DNA from: Mycolicibacterium smegmatis
GTDB taxonomy: Bacteria; Actinomycetota; Actinomycetes; Mycobacteriales; Mycobacteriaceae
Direction: 5' to 3'
Length of the DNA: 32,000 nucleotides
Assembly: GCF_001457595.1 (NCBI RefSeq)
Contig: NZ_LN831039.1
Coordinates: forward strand, 630,001 to 662,000
This document shows positions 18,326 through 26,995 of the stretch, piece after piece. Numbering within the stretch: the first letter of the stretch is position 1; the number at the start of each line of letters is the position of its first letter. The position numbers were made by a program, and so were the translations under genes. Below the pieces are notes generated by a model. It made no database searches. It had not been told where the DNA came from and worked only from the letters and a program-made list of their open reading frames with translations.

Positions 18326-20367
18326 GCATGAACGCCGAACAAACGGTCGCAGAGCTGATCGCCCGGTCCAACCGGCTGGGCTCGGACCCGAAGAACACCA
18401 ACTACGCCGGCGGCAACACCTCGGCCAAGGGCACCGACACCGACCCGGTCACCGGGCAGCCTGTCGAACTGTTGTGGGTCAAGGGATCCGGCGGTGATCT
18501 CGGAACGCTCACCGAGAACGGGCTCGCGGTACTGCGACTGGACCGCATGCGCGCACTGGTGGACGTGTACCCCGGGGTCGAGCGCGAAGACGAGATGGTC
18601 GCGGCGTTCGACTACTGCCTGCACGGCCGCGGTGGCGCGGCGCCGTCGATCGACACCGCCATGCACGGCCTGGTCGACGCCGCTCACGTCGACCACCTGC
18701 ACCCCGACTCGGGTATCGCGCTGGCCACCGCGGCCGACGGTGAGGCGCTGACCAAGCAGATCTTCGGCGATCGCGTGGTGTGGGTGCCGTGGCGGCGCCC
18801 AGGCTTCCAGTTGGGCCTCGACATCGCCGACATCAAGCGACGTAACCCCCAGGCCATCGGCACCATCCTCGGCGGGCACGGCATCACGGCGTGGGGCTCG
18901 ACTTCCGCAGAGGCCGAGGCACATTCGTTGGAGATCATCGAGACCGCCGAACGCTACATCGCCGAGAACGGGCGGCCCGAGCCGTTCGGCGCCCCGCTTG
19001 CCGGGTACGGCGCGCTGCCCGACGACGCACGACGCGCCAAGGCCGCGCAGCTCGCACCGTTCATCCGCGGTCTGGTCTCCACCGACAGGCCGCAGGTCGG
19101 CCACTTCACCGACGACCCTCGTGTGCTCGAATTCCTCTCCGCCAGTGAGCATCCCCGCCTCGCGGCGCTGGGCACCAGCTGCCCCGACCACTTCCTGCGC
19201 ACCAAGGTCAAGCCGCTCGTGCTGGATCTGCCCGCCGACGCCACGGTCGACGAGTGCAAGAACCGGTTGGCCGAACTGCACGAGGCCTACCGGGTGGATT
19301 ACCAGGCCTACTACGACCGGCACGCCACGCCCGACAGCCCCGCGATCCGCGGAGCCGACCCGGCCATCGTGCTGATCCCCGGCGTCGGCATGTTCAGCTA
19401 CGGCAAGGACAAGCAGACCGCCCGCGTGGCAGGCGAGTTCTACCTCAACGCCATCAACGTCATGCGCGGTGCCGAGGCCATCTCCACCTACGCGCCCATC
19501 GACGAGGCCGAGAAGTTCCGCATCGAGTACTGGGCACTCGAAGAGGCCAAACTGCAGCGCATGCCCAAACCCAAACCGCTGGCCACGCGGATCGCACTGG
19601 TCACCGGTGCGGCCTCGGGCATCGGCAAGGCCATCGCGACCCGCCTGGCCGCCGAAGGCGCCTGCGTGGTGATCGCCGACCTGGACGGCGCCAAGGCGGA
19701 ATCCGCGGCAGCCGAGATCGGTAACACCGACGTGGCCGTCGGGATCGCCGCCGACGTCACCGACGAGGCCGCGGTACAGGCCGCGGTCGACGCGACCGTA
19801 CTGGCCTTCGGCGGCATCGACATCGTGGTGAACAATGCCGGGCTCTCGCTGTCGAAGTCGTTGCTGGACACCACCGCCGAGGACTGGGACCTGCAGCACA
19901 ACGTGATGGCCCGTGGCTCGTTCCTGGTGTCGAAGGCCGCGGCACGCGCGCTCATCGAGCAGAAGCTGGGCGGCGACATCATCTACATCTCGTCGAAGAA
20001 CTCGGTGTTCGCCGGGCCCAACAACATCGCCTACTCGGCGACCAAGGCCGATCAGGCGCATCAGGTTCGGCTGCTGGCGGCCGAACTCGGCGAGCACGGC
20101 GTCAAGGTCAACGGCATCAACCCCGATGGTGTGGTACGCGGCTCGGGTATCTTCGCCGGCGGTTGGGGCGCCAAACGTGCCGCGGTGTACGGGGTTCCGG
20201 AAGAGGAGCTGGGCAAGTACTACGCGCAGCGCACCCTCCTCAAGCGTGAGGTCCTGCCCGAGCACGTCGCCAACGCGGCGTTCGCGCTGTGCACGTCGGA
20301 CTTCTCGCACACCACCGGTCTGCATGTGCCGGTGGATGCGGGGGTCGCCGCGGCGTTTTTGCGATGA
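18322..20367 (+). CDS. rhaEW: Bifunctional rhamnulose-1-phosphate aldolase / short-chain (lactaldehyde) dehydrogenase
   Basis: 681 aa. N-terminal class II aldolase/adducin-like domain (NYAGGNTSAKG, HVDHLHPDSGIALA, GGHGITAWG); C-terminal SDR domain (ALVTGAASGIGKAIATRLAAEG, YSATKADQAH). Start at 18322 in ATGA overlap with rhaI. Confidence 0.93.
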   Translation: MSMNAEQTVAELIARSNRLGSDPKNTNYAGGNTSAKGTDTDPVTGQPVELLWVKGSGGDLGTLTENGLAVLRLDRMRALVDVYPGVEREDEMVAAFDYCLHGRGGAAPSIDTAMHGLVDAAHVDHLHPDSGIALATAADGEALTKQIFGDRVVWVPWRRPGFQLGLDIADIKRRNPQAIGTILGGHGITAWGSTSAEAEAHSLEIIETAERYIAENGRPEPFGAPLAGYGALPDDARRAKAAQLAPFIRGLVSTDRPQVGHFTDDPRVLEFLSASEHPRLAALGTSCPDHFLRTKVKPLVLDLPADATVDECKNRLAELHEAYRVDYQAYYDRHATPDSPAIRGADPAIVLIPGVGMFSYGKDKQTARVAGEFYLNAINVMRGAEAISTYAPIDEAEKFRIEYWALEEAKLQRMPKPKPLATRIALVTGAASGIGKAIATRLAAEGACVVIADLDGAKAESAAAEIGNTDVAVGIAADVTDEAAVQAAVDATVLAFGGIDIVVNNAGLSLSKSLLDTTAEDWDLQHNVMARGSFLVSKAAARALIEQKLGGDIIYISSKNSVFAGPNNIAYSATKADQAHQVRLLAAELGEHGVKVNGINPDGVVRGSGIFAGGWGAKRAAVYGVPEEELGKYYAQRTLLKREVLPEHVANAAFALCTSDFSHTTGLHVPVDAGVAAAFLR

Positions 20368-20395
20368 GCGCTTGCGCGAAGAGCCGAGAACAGCG

Positions 20396-21853
20396 ATGAG
20401 CGCCATACAGGTCGCGGCCGTCGACCTCGGGGCCACCAGCGGCCGCGTGATGGTCGCCGACATCGACGGCGACCGACTCGACATGCGCACGGTGGCGCGG
20501 TTCCCGAACGATCCGGTGACCCTGTGGAACGGCACGGGCGACGAGTTGCGCTGGAACGTGCCCACGCTGTACGGCCACGTCATCGACGGGCTCACCCGGG
20601 CCGGACGCGACTGCGACAGCCTGGTCGGCGTCGGCGTGGACTCGTGGGCCGTCGACTACGGTCTGCTGCGCGAAGGACGGCTGCTGTCGCTGCCGATGCA
20701 CTACCGCGACGCGCGCACCGCTCGTGGCGTCGAGTTGGTGCACGATGTCCTGGACGCACCGGAGCTCTACCGGCGCAACGGGATCCAGTTCCTGCCGTTC
20801 AACACCGTGTACCAGCTTGCCGCCGAGCGGGCGAGCGGCCTGCTCGACCTCGCCGACACCGTGTTGCTGGTGCCCGACCTGCTGACGTATTGGCTCACCG
20901 GTCAGCGCGTGGCCGAGCGCACCAACGCCTCGACCACGGGACTGCTGGCGTTGGACGGCACCTGGGACCGGGACCTGATGACCCGGTTGGACCTGCCGCA
21001 CACGTTGTTCCCGCCCATCGTGGAGGCGGGCAGTCGCTGCGGCCCGCTGTTGCCGAGCGTCGCCCGACAGATCGGGCTGACCGGCAAGGCCGGCGCCGAG
21101 GTGGTGTCGGTGGCCTCCCATGACACCGCGTCGGCCGTCGCGGCCATCCCGATGGATCCCGATCACGCGGCCTACATATCGTGCGGCACATGGGGACTGG
21201 TGGGCGTCGAGCTGGGCCGTCAGGTGGCCACCGATGCCGCCCGCGAGGCGAACTTCACCAACGAGGTTGGCGCCGACCAGCGGATCCGATTCCTGCACAA
21301 CGTGATGGGTCTGTGGCTGCTGAGCGAGACCCTCCGGCAGTACGAGCGCGACGGCCACGACGTCGATCTCGCCGACCTGCTGGCCGGTGCCGCGCAGGCA
21401 CCCGCGCCGCCCGTGGTGTTCGACACCGACGATCCGCGGTTCTTGCCACCGGGGGATCTGCCGGCGCGCATCAGCGCCTGGTATGTCGAGCGGGGACACA
21501 CCCCGCCCGCGGATCCCGTGCAGATGGTGCGTGCGATCCTGGAGAGCCTCGCCGCGGCATTCGCGTCGGCGGTCTGCACGGCCGCCGAGCTCTCCGGCGT
21601 CGACGTGCGGACGGTGCACATGGTCGGCGGTGGATCCCAGAACGAGTTGCTGTGCCAGCTGACGGCCGACCGGATCGGGATGCCGCTGCTGGCAGGGCCG
21701 GTGGAGGCCACAGCCCTGGGCAACGTACTGCTCACGGCCCGCGCGCGGCACGTCATCAGCGGCGACCTGGCGAGTTTGCGTGCACGCGTCGCGCAGTGGT
21801 TCCCCCCGCGGCGCTACCTTCCCCGAACCAGCCGTACCACTGCCATGGTGTGA
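20396..21853 (+). CDS. rhaB: Rhamnulokinase (FGGY family)
   Basis: VAAVDLGATSGRVMVADIDGDRLDMRTVARFPNDPV and C-terminal VHMVGGGSQNELLCQLTADRIGMPLLAGPVEATALGNVL. Confidence 0.93.
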   Translation: MSAIQVAAVDLGATSGRVMVADIDGDRLDMRTVARFPNDPVTLWNGTGDELRWNVPTLYGHVIDGLTRAGRDCDSLVGVGVDSWAVDYGLLREGRLLSLPMHYRDARTARGVELVHDVLDAPELYRRNGIQFLPFNTVYQLAAERASGLLDLADTVLLVPDLLTYWLTGQRVAERTNASTTGLLALDGTWDRDLMTRLDLPHTLFPPIVEAGSRCGPLLPSVARQIGLTGKAGAEVVSVASHDTASAVAAIPMDPDHAAYISCGTWGLVGVELGRQVATDAAREANFTNEVGADQRIRFLHNVMGLWLLSETLRQYERDGHDVDLADLLAGAAQAPAPPVVFDTDDPRFLPPGDLPARISAWYVERGHTPPADPVQMVRAILESLAAAFASAVCTAAELSGVDVRTVHMVGGGSQNELLCQLTADRIGMPLLAGPVEATALGNVLLTARARHVISGDLASLRARVAQWFPPRRYLPRTSRTTAMV

Positions 21854-21863
21854 TGTACCCGTG

Positions 21864-22862
21864 GTGAGCATGCGAGAGGTAGCTGCCGCGGCCTCGGTGT
21901 CGGTGGGCACGGTGTCCAACGTGCTCAACGCGCCGGACAAAGTCGCACCGGCAACAGTGGCGCGGGTGCAGGCGGCCATCGACAAGCTGGGGTTCGTGCG
22001 CAACGACGCGGCGCGTCAGCTCAAGGCAGGCCGCTCGCGCAGCGTCGGACTCGTGGTGCTGGACATCGGCAACCCCTTCTTCACCGACATCGCCCGCGCC
22101 GCGGAGCGTCGTGCCGGCGAGCACAACCTCACAGTGCTGCTCGGGACGTCCGACGACGACGCCACCCGTGAGCGCGCGTACGTCGACGCGTTCGACGAAC
22201 AACGCGTGTACGGGCTGCTGGTGTCGCCGGTGGGCGAGGATCTCAACCGCCTTGTCGCACTGCGTGAGCGGGGCACTCCCGTGGTGCTCGTCGACCGTGA
22301 CGGCGGCGGCACCCCGTTCGACTCGGTCGCCGTGGACGACGTCGCGGGCGGCTGTCTGGCCGTGCAGCACCTGTGCGCCACCGGCCGCCGGAAGATCGCG
22401 TTCGTGGGCGGCCCGGGAACGCTGCGCCAGATCCGTGACCGCCGCCGCGGCGCGGCCGACGCCGTGGGGCGGACCCCAGGCGCGACGCTGGAGATCATCG
22501 ACACCGACGCGCCGAGCGTGCTGGCCGGCCGGGCCGTCGGTGAACAACTGCGCCGACGCGCCCGCCAGGACCGGCCGGACGCGGTCTTCTGTGCCAACGA
22601 CCTGCTCGCCATCGGCGTGCTGCAGGCGCTGAGCCTTACGGGCGATCTCCGTGTGCCAGACGACATGGCGCTGGTCGGCTACGACGACATCGACTTTGCG
22701 CGTTCGGCGGTCGTGCCGCTCACGTCGGTGCGCCAGCCCACGGGCGAGATCGGGACCACGGCGGTGGACCTGCTGATCGGTGCGGCCGAGGACGCGACCG
22801 GCCGCAACCCCGAACATGTTGTCTTCCAACCGGAATTGGTCGTCCGCGATTCGACGAGTTGA
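21864..22862 (+). CDS. LacI family transcriptional regulator, likely rhamnose operon repressor
   Basis: MREVAAAASVSVGTVSNVLNAPDKVAPATVARVQAAIDKLGFVRNDAARQLKAGRS is a LacI HTH plus hinge. Start may be GTG 21861, GTG 21864 or ATG 21870. Confidence 0.9.
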   Translation: MSMREVAAAASVSVGTVSNVLNAPDKVAPATVARVQAAIDKLGFVRNDAARQLKAGRSRSVGLVVLDIGNPFFTDIARAAERRAGEHNLTVLLGTSDDDATRERAYVDAFDEQRVYGLLVSPVGEDLNRLVALRERGTPVVLVDRDGGGTPFDSVAVDDVAGGCLAVQHLCATGRRKIAFVGGPGTLRQIRDRRRGAADAVGRTPGATLEIIDTDAPSVLAGRAVGEQLRRRARQDRPDAVFCANDLLAIGVLQALSLTGDLRVPDDMALVGYDDIDFARSAVVPLTSVRQPTGEIGTTAVDLLIGAAEDATGRNPEHVVFQPELVVRDSTS

Positions 22863-22948
22863 CCCTTCTCAGCCTCCGCGAGATCGACGAAAACGTCGTC
22901 GGTGTCGAGGCGCGGCGACATTTGCGTCGGTTTCGCGTGGGGTTCGGG

Positions 22949-23563
22949 CTAGAGGATCAACACGTCGAGCGTGCGCGGGCCGTGCACCCCTTCGACGCGT
23001 TCGAGTTCGATGTCGCTGGTCGCGCTCGGTCCCGAGATGAAGGTCAGTGGGCGCTCGGTGCCGAGCGCGGCGAAACCCTGCGGAACGATGTCGACGATCT
23101 GATCGGTGCGCACGACGCAGATGTGGTGATCGGGCACCAGGGTCAGGGCGCGGCGGCCCTGCGTGGCGCCTGCGTCGAGCACGATGGTGCCGGTTGCGGC
23201 GATGCCGACGGCACACCCGGTCAGCACAGCATCCGCGGCGTCGAGTTGCTCGACAGTCAGCACAGGATCGTCGGAAAGGATGCGCACACCGGTGATCCAC
23301 TCGGCCGGCACATCAGGCGGCACCACCACGGTGGCGTCGGATCCGGTGAGCTCGCGCACCAAACCGGCGATGTCGGAGGCGGCCACGCGGTGCACCCGGG
23401 CGCGGTATTCGGCGACGGCCTCGGCGAACCGCTCGACGTCGGCCGGACCGCTCAACGGTTCGCGGTGGTATTCGCGCGGCACCGTGACGGGCTGCGGCGG
23501 TACGGCGGCCAGCGCCGAGCGGATGCGGCCCAGCACCGCGGCCCGGCCGTCGGTCCCGGTCAT
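22949..23563 (-). CDS. lutC: LutC-like (LUD domain) lactate utilization protein
   Basis: 204 aa; GCAVGIAATGTIVLDAGATQGRRALTLVPDHHICVVRTDQIVDIVPQGFAAL...TFISGPSATSDIELERVEGVHGPRTLDVLIL. ATGA-type overlap with lutB. Confidence 0.9.
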   Translation of the reverse strand: MTGTDGRAAVLGRIRSALAAVPPQPVTVPREYHREPLSGPADVERFAEAVAEYRARVHRVAASDIAGLVRELTGSDATVVVPPDVPAEWITGVRILSDDPVLTVEQLDAADAVLTGCAVGIAATGTIVLDAGATQGRRALTLVPDHHICVVRTDQIVDIVPQGFAALGTERPLTFISGPSATSDIELERVEGVHGPRTLDVLIL

Positions 23564-25029
23564 CGCGAACCTCCCTCGTGCGTGCGGTTCCACCATTGCC
23601 GGAAGGTTTCCTTCGGTGGTTCGGGAAGGTCGCGGCTGCTGGTCCACTTGGAGGCGGGCCACGGCAGCGTCGAGATGCGGTGGTCCTTGCCCGCGATGAC
23701 ACGTCCAGCCGCAAGCGCCTTCTCCGCCAACGAGAATCGCTTCGCATCCGACATGGCCCAGCCGGCGGCCTTCATCGCGATGTCCTGCCCGCCCGGCAGG
23801 CCGCCCCGCTCGGAATCGACCTGCTGTGCGCGCAGGTGCACCAGGATCGACGGGATGTCGATACGGACCGGGCACGCCTCGAAGCACGCGCCGCACAACG
23901 ACGACGCATAAGGCAGGCTCGCATTGGGATCGTCGTGCCCGGTGGTCCCCGTGAGCTGAGGGCTCAGAATCGCACCGATCGGGCCCGGGTACACCGACCC
24001 GTAGGCGTGGCCACCGGTGCGCTCGTAGACCGGGCACACGTTCAGGCATGCGCTGCACCGGATGCAGTGCAGCGCAGCGCGTCCGACCTCGTCGGCCAGG
24101 ACGCGGGTGCGCCCGTTGTCGAGGAGCACCAGGTGGAATTCCTGCGGCCCGTCGCCCGGGTGTACGCCCGTCCACATCGACGTGTACGGGTTCATGCGCT
24201 CCGCGGTCGACGACCGGGGGAGCAGCTGCATGAACACTTCCAGATCGGCGAACGTGGGCACGATCTTCTCGATGCCCATCACGGTGATCAGCGTCTCGGG
24301 CAGGGTCAGGCACATCCGGCCGTTGCCCTCGGACTCGACCACCGCGAGCGTACCCGTCTCGGCCACACCGAAATTCGCGCCGCTGATCGCCACGCGGGCG
24401 GTGAGGAACTTGCGGCGCAGATGCGCGCGGGCAGCCATCGCGAGCACCCGCGGATCGTCGGACAACTCACCGGCGTCGGGCATCTCGCGAGAGAAGATCT
24501 CCCGGATCTCCGAGCGGTTGCGGTGGATCGCGGGCACCAGGATGTGGCTGGGCTTGTCGTGGCCGAGTTGCACGATCAACTCGGCCAGATCGGTTTCGAA
24601 CGCCGCGATGCCCTGGGCCTCGAGGTGTTCGTTGAGGCCGATCTCCTGCGTGGCCATCGATTTGACCTTGACCACCTCGTCGGATCCGGTGGCGCGGATG
24701 AGATCGGTGACGATGCGGTTGGCCTCGTCGGCGTCGCGGGCCCAGTGCACCACCCCGCCGCGTGCGGTGACATTGCTCTCGAGTTGCTCGAGCAGTTCCG
24801 GCAGGCGGGCCATCACGTCCTGTTTGAGCGCACTGCCCGCGGCGCGCAGGTCTTCCCAGTCGTCGCATTCGGCGACGGCGCGCAGACGTTTACCGCGGAT
24901 GGTCTGTGTGGCGTGGCCGATGTTGCGGCGCAGCTGCGAGTTCGCGAGCGCACCGCGCGCGGCGTGCGGGAACGATTCGTCGCCACGCAGGTTCCCGAGT
25001 CCCGGGCTGCCGAGGAATGTCGTGCTCAT
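23560..25029 (-). CDS. lutB: LutB-like iron-sulfur protein of L-lactate oxidation complex
   Basis: LUD region plus two CxxCxxC clusters (CIRCSACLNVCPVY; CGACFEACPV) and DUF-like C-terminus. ATG at 25029. Confidence 0.92.
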   Translation of the reverse strand: MSTTFLGSPGLGNLRGDESFPHAARGALANSQLRRNIGHATQTIRGKRLRAVAECDDWEDLRAAGSALKQDVMARLPELLEQLESNVTARGGVVHWARDADEANRIVTDLIRATGSDEVVKVKSMATQEIGLNEHLEAQGIAAFETDLAELIVQLGHDKPSHILVPAIHRNRSEIREIFSREMPDAGELSDDPRVLAMAARAHLRRKFLTARVAISGANFGVAETGTLAVVESEGNGRMCLTLPETLITVMGIEKIVPTFADLEVFMQLLPRSSTAERMNPYTSMWTGVHPGDGPQEFHLVLLDNGRTRVLADEVGRAALHCIRCSACLNVCPVYERTGGHAYGSVYPGPIGAILSPQLTGTTGHDDPNASLPYASSLCGACFEACPVRIDIPSILVHLRAQQVDSERGGLPGGQDIAMKAAGWAMSDAKRFSLAEKALAAGRVIAGKDHRISTLPWPASKWTSSRDLPEPPKETFRQWWNRTHEGGSR

Positions 25030-25763
25030 GCTTCTGCTCCCGCGAGGATCTCCGCCAGGTGCACGGTGCGGACCCCGGAGCGCAGCCGGCTCAGGCCACC
25101 GCCGATGTGCATCAGGCACGACGAGTCACCCGCGCTGCACACCTCGGCGCCGGTCTCCAGGATGTGTGTCATCTTGTCGGCGAGCATGGCCGTCGACGTG
25201 TCGGAGTTCTTGAGCGCGAACGTGCCGCCGAACCCGCAGCAGGATTCGGCGGCGGGAAGCTCTACGAGGGTCAGCCCGCGAACGTTGCGCAGCAGCCGCA
25301 GCGGTTTGTCGCCGACTCCGAGCATCCGCAGCGAGTGGCAGGTCGGGTGGTAGGTGACCCGGTGTGGGTAGTAGGCGCCGACGTCGTCGACGCCGAGCAC
25401 GTCGACGAGGAACTCCGAGAGTTCGTAGGTGCGCTCGGCGATCTTCTCGGCGCGTACCGCCAGGTCCTCGTCACCGGCGCGGCGCGCGACCATGGCGTGC
25501 TGGTGGCGTACCGAACCGACGCACGATCCGGACGGTGCGACCACGGCGTCACAGCGTGCGCTCTCGAAACTCTCCACGTGGTTGCGCACCACCGCCACGG
25601 CCTCTTTGAAGTAGCCGGTGTTGATGTGCATCTGTCCGCAGCAGGTCTGCTGCGACGGGAAGACCACCTCGTGCCCCAGCCGCTCGAGCAGCTGGACGGT
25701 GGCGATGGCGGCAGGCGGAAAGAGCGCGTCCGCCAGACAGGTCGCGAACAGGGCGATTCGCAT
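25026..25763 (-). CDS. lutA: LutA-like cysteine-rich (CCG domain) Fe-S oxidoreductase
   Basis: MRIALFATCLADALFP, SQQTCCGQMHINTGY, YHPTCHSLR, ESCCGFGGTFALK: CCG-domain motifs. Confidence 0.92.
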   Translation of the reverse strand: MRIALFATCLADALFPPAAIATVQLLERLGHEVVFPSQQTCCGQMHINTGYFKEAVAVVRNHVESFESARCDAVVAPSGSCVGSVRHQHAMVARRAGDEDLAVRAEKIAERTYELSEFLVDVLGVDDVGAYYPHRVTYHPTCHSLRMLGVGDKPLRLLRNVRGLTLVELPAAESCCGFGGTFALKNSDTSTAMLADKMTHILETGAEVCSAGDSSCLMHIGGGLSRLRSGVRTVHLAEILAGAEA

Positions 25764-25776
25764 AACCCTCCTAGAC

Positions 25777-25791
25777 TGTGGTCTGACCACA
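25777..25791. promoter_or_regulatory. GntR/FadR-type operator copy 1: TGTGGTCTGACCACA
   Basis: Perfect 7-1-7 palindrome, just upstream of lutA. Confidence 0.85.
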
Positions 25792-25809
25792 CTACCGCGT
25801 TCGTCCACT

Positions 25810-25826
25810 GTGTGGTCAGACCACAC
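25810..25826. promoter_or_regulatory. GntR/FadR-type operator copy 2: GTGTGGTCAGACCACAC
   Basis: Perfect 8-1-8 palindrome sharing TGGTCnGACCA with copy 1; centres 34 bp apart (25784, 25818), in the lutA-gntR divergent region. Confidence 0.85.
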
Positions 25827-25852
25827 GGAGAAAAAGGGCTACAGTCGTCGCC

Positions 25853-26539
25853 ATGCGCGCACATGAGCTGGTGCTCGAGCGGATCGAACGCGATCTGGTC
25901 GCAGGCGCCATCACGGTCGGCGACCGGTTGCCGCCCGAGCGTGCGCTCGCCGAGAGCCTCTCGGTGAGCCGGGCGTCGGTACGCGAAGCCATCCGGGTGC
26001 TCGAGGCCATGGGCGTCATCCGCACGGCCGCGGGTTCCGGACCGGACGCGGGCGCGATCGTCACGGCCGATGCGGCCACGTCGATCGGATCGGCGCTGCG
26101 ACTGCACACCGCGACGCGCGCACTGCCCATCGAGGACCTGGTGAGCACGCGAATCCTTCTGGAGGCCTCGGCTTTACGCGATGCGGCGGCGTTGTCACCG
26201 CGTCCGGACCTCGCCGGGATCAACGCACGGCTCGACGCGATGGACGACCCGGACCTGGGACCCGAGGAGTTCCACCGCCTCGACGCGGAGTTCCACGTCG
26301 CATTGACGGCGCTGGCCGGCAACGTCGTCGTCGAGGCCATGATGGCGGCACTGCGCGGCGCCATCCAGGGGTACATCCTGGCCGGGGTGCCCCGCCTTGC
26401 GGACTGGGGCGGAGTCGCGGCGAACCTGCGCTGCGAGCACAGGCGCATCGTCACCGCGCTGTCGCGCGGACAGGGCAACAAGGCCGCTGAGCTGGCCCGC
26501 GCCCACATCGAAGGTTATGTAGACCTGATCAAAAGCTGA
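25853..26539 (+). CDS. FadR-subfamily GntR transcriptional regulator (LldR/LutR-like)
   Basis: HTH: ERIERDLVAGAITVGDRLPPERALAESLSVSRASVREAIRVLEAMGVI; C-terminal FCD domain (EFHRLDAEFHVALTALAGN, EHRRIVTALSRGQGNKAAELARAHI). Confidence 0.92.
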   Translation: MRAHELVLERIERDLVAGAITVGDRLPPERALAESLSVSRASVREAIRVLEAMGVIRTAAGSGPDAGAIVTADAATSIGSALRLHTATRALPIEDLVSTRILLEASALRDAAALSPRPDLAGINARLDAMDDPDLGPEEFHRLDAEFHVALTALAGNVVVEAMMAALRGAIQGYILAGVPRLADWGGVAANLRCEHRRIVTALSRGQGNKAAELARAHIEGYVDLIKS

Positions 26540-26560
26540 CAGCTGGGCTACGGTGGTTCA

Positions 26561-26995
26561 GTGCCCGTCAGCCCGTGTGTCAGGTGGGCGGCAATTGTCA
26601 TGGCCGCAGTGGTCCCGGCGTGCACGAGCCCTGAGCGGCAGCCCGAGATGCAGGAGTCACCCGAGCGTGCCGTGCATCGGCACATCGCCGCGGCCAAGAC
26701 CGGCGACGTCGCGACGCTGCGGTCGGGCGCGTGCGGCCGGCTCGCGAGCGTGATCCGGCCGCGGTCGGACGCCGAGATCCGTGACGAGTTCATCGCGCTG
26801 TACGAGGTGGGGCCGGACGTCCTGTCGGTCGACTCCGAGGAGGACGGTCCGCAGCGCATCGTCACCGGGTACTACTCCGAGGTCGCCGACCTGGACATCT
26901 CGTTCATCGTCGAGGACCACGGCGGGTGGAAGGTCTGCGAGATCCGCAGAGGTAACGGAGTCTTCGGTCCGCTGCCGGGTCCGTTCGAGGACTAG
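26561..26995 (+). CDS. putative lipoprotein/secreted protein of unknown function
   Basis: 144 aa; N-terminal hydrophobic stretch ending in VVPACTS, then ERAVHRHIAAAKTGDVATLRS...DGPQRIVTGYYSEVADLDISFIVEDHGGWKVCEI. Confidence 0.6.
   Translation: MPVSPCVRWAAIVMAAVVPACTSPERQPEMQESPERAVHRHIAAAKTGDVATLRSGACGRLASVIRPRSDAEIRDEFIALYEVGPDVLSVDSEEDGPQRIVTGYYSEVADLDISFIVEDHGGWKVCEIRRGNGVFGPLPGPFED

Noticed and set aside
18178-20595. 805-aa minus-strand ORF opposite rhaEW
   Set aside because: Low-complexity His/Arg/Gly/Val-rich translation typical of the antisense shadow in GC-rich DNA. The plus strand encodes a clear aldolase/SDR fusion.
22885-22898. CGACG-AAAA-CGTCG hairpin between lacI and lutC as terminator
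   Set aside because: Only a 5-bp stem, expected often by chance at this GC content; not enough support.
23564-24313. N-terminal extension of the lutC ORF
   Set aside because: The upstream part is out-of-frame translation of lutB. The real start at 23563 forms the ATGA-type overlap.
23578-25353. 591-aa plus-strand ORF opposite lutB
   Set aside because: Antisense shadow of the Fe-S protein; composition dominated by Arg/Ala/His.
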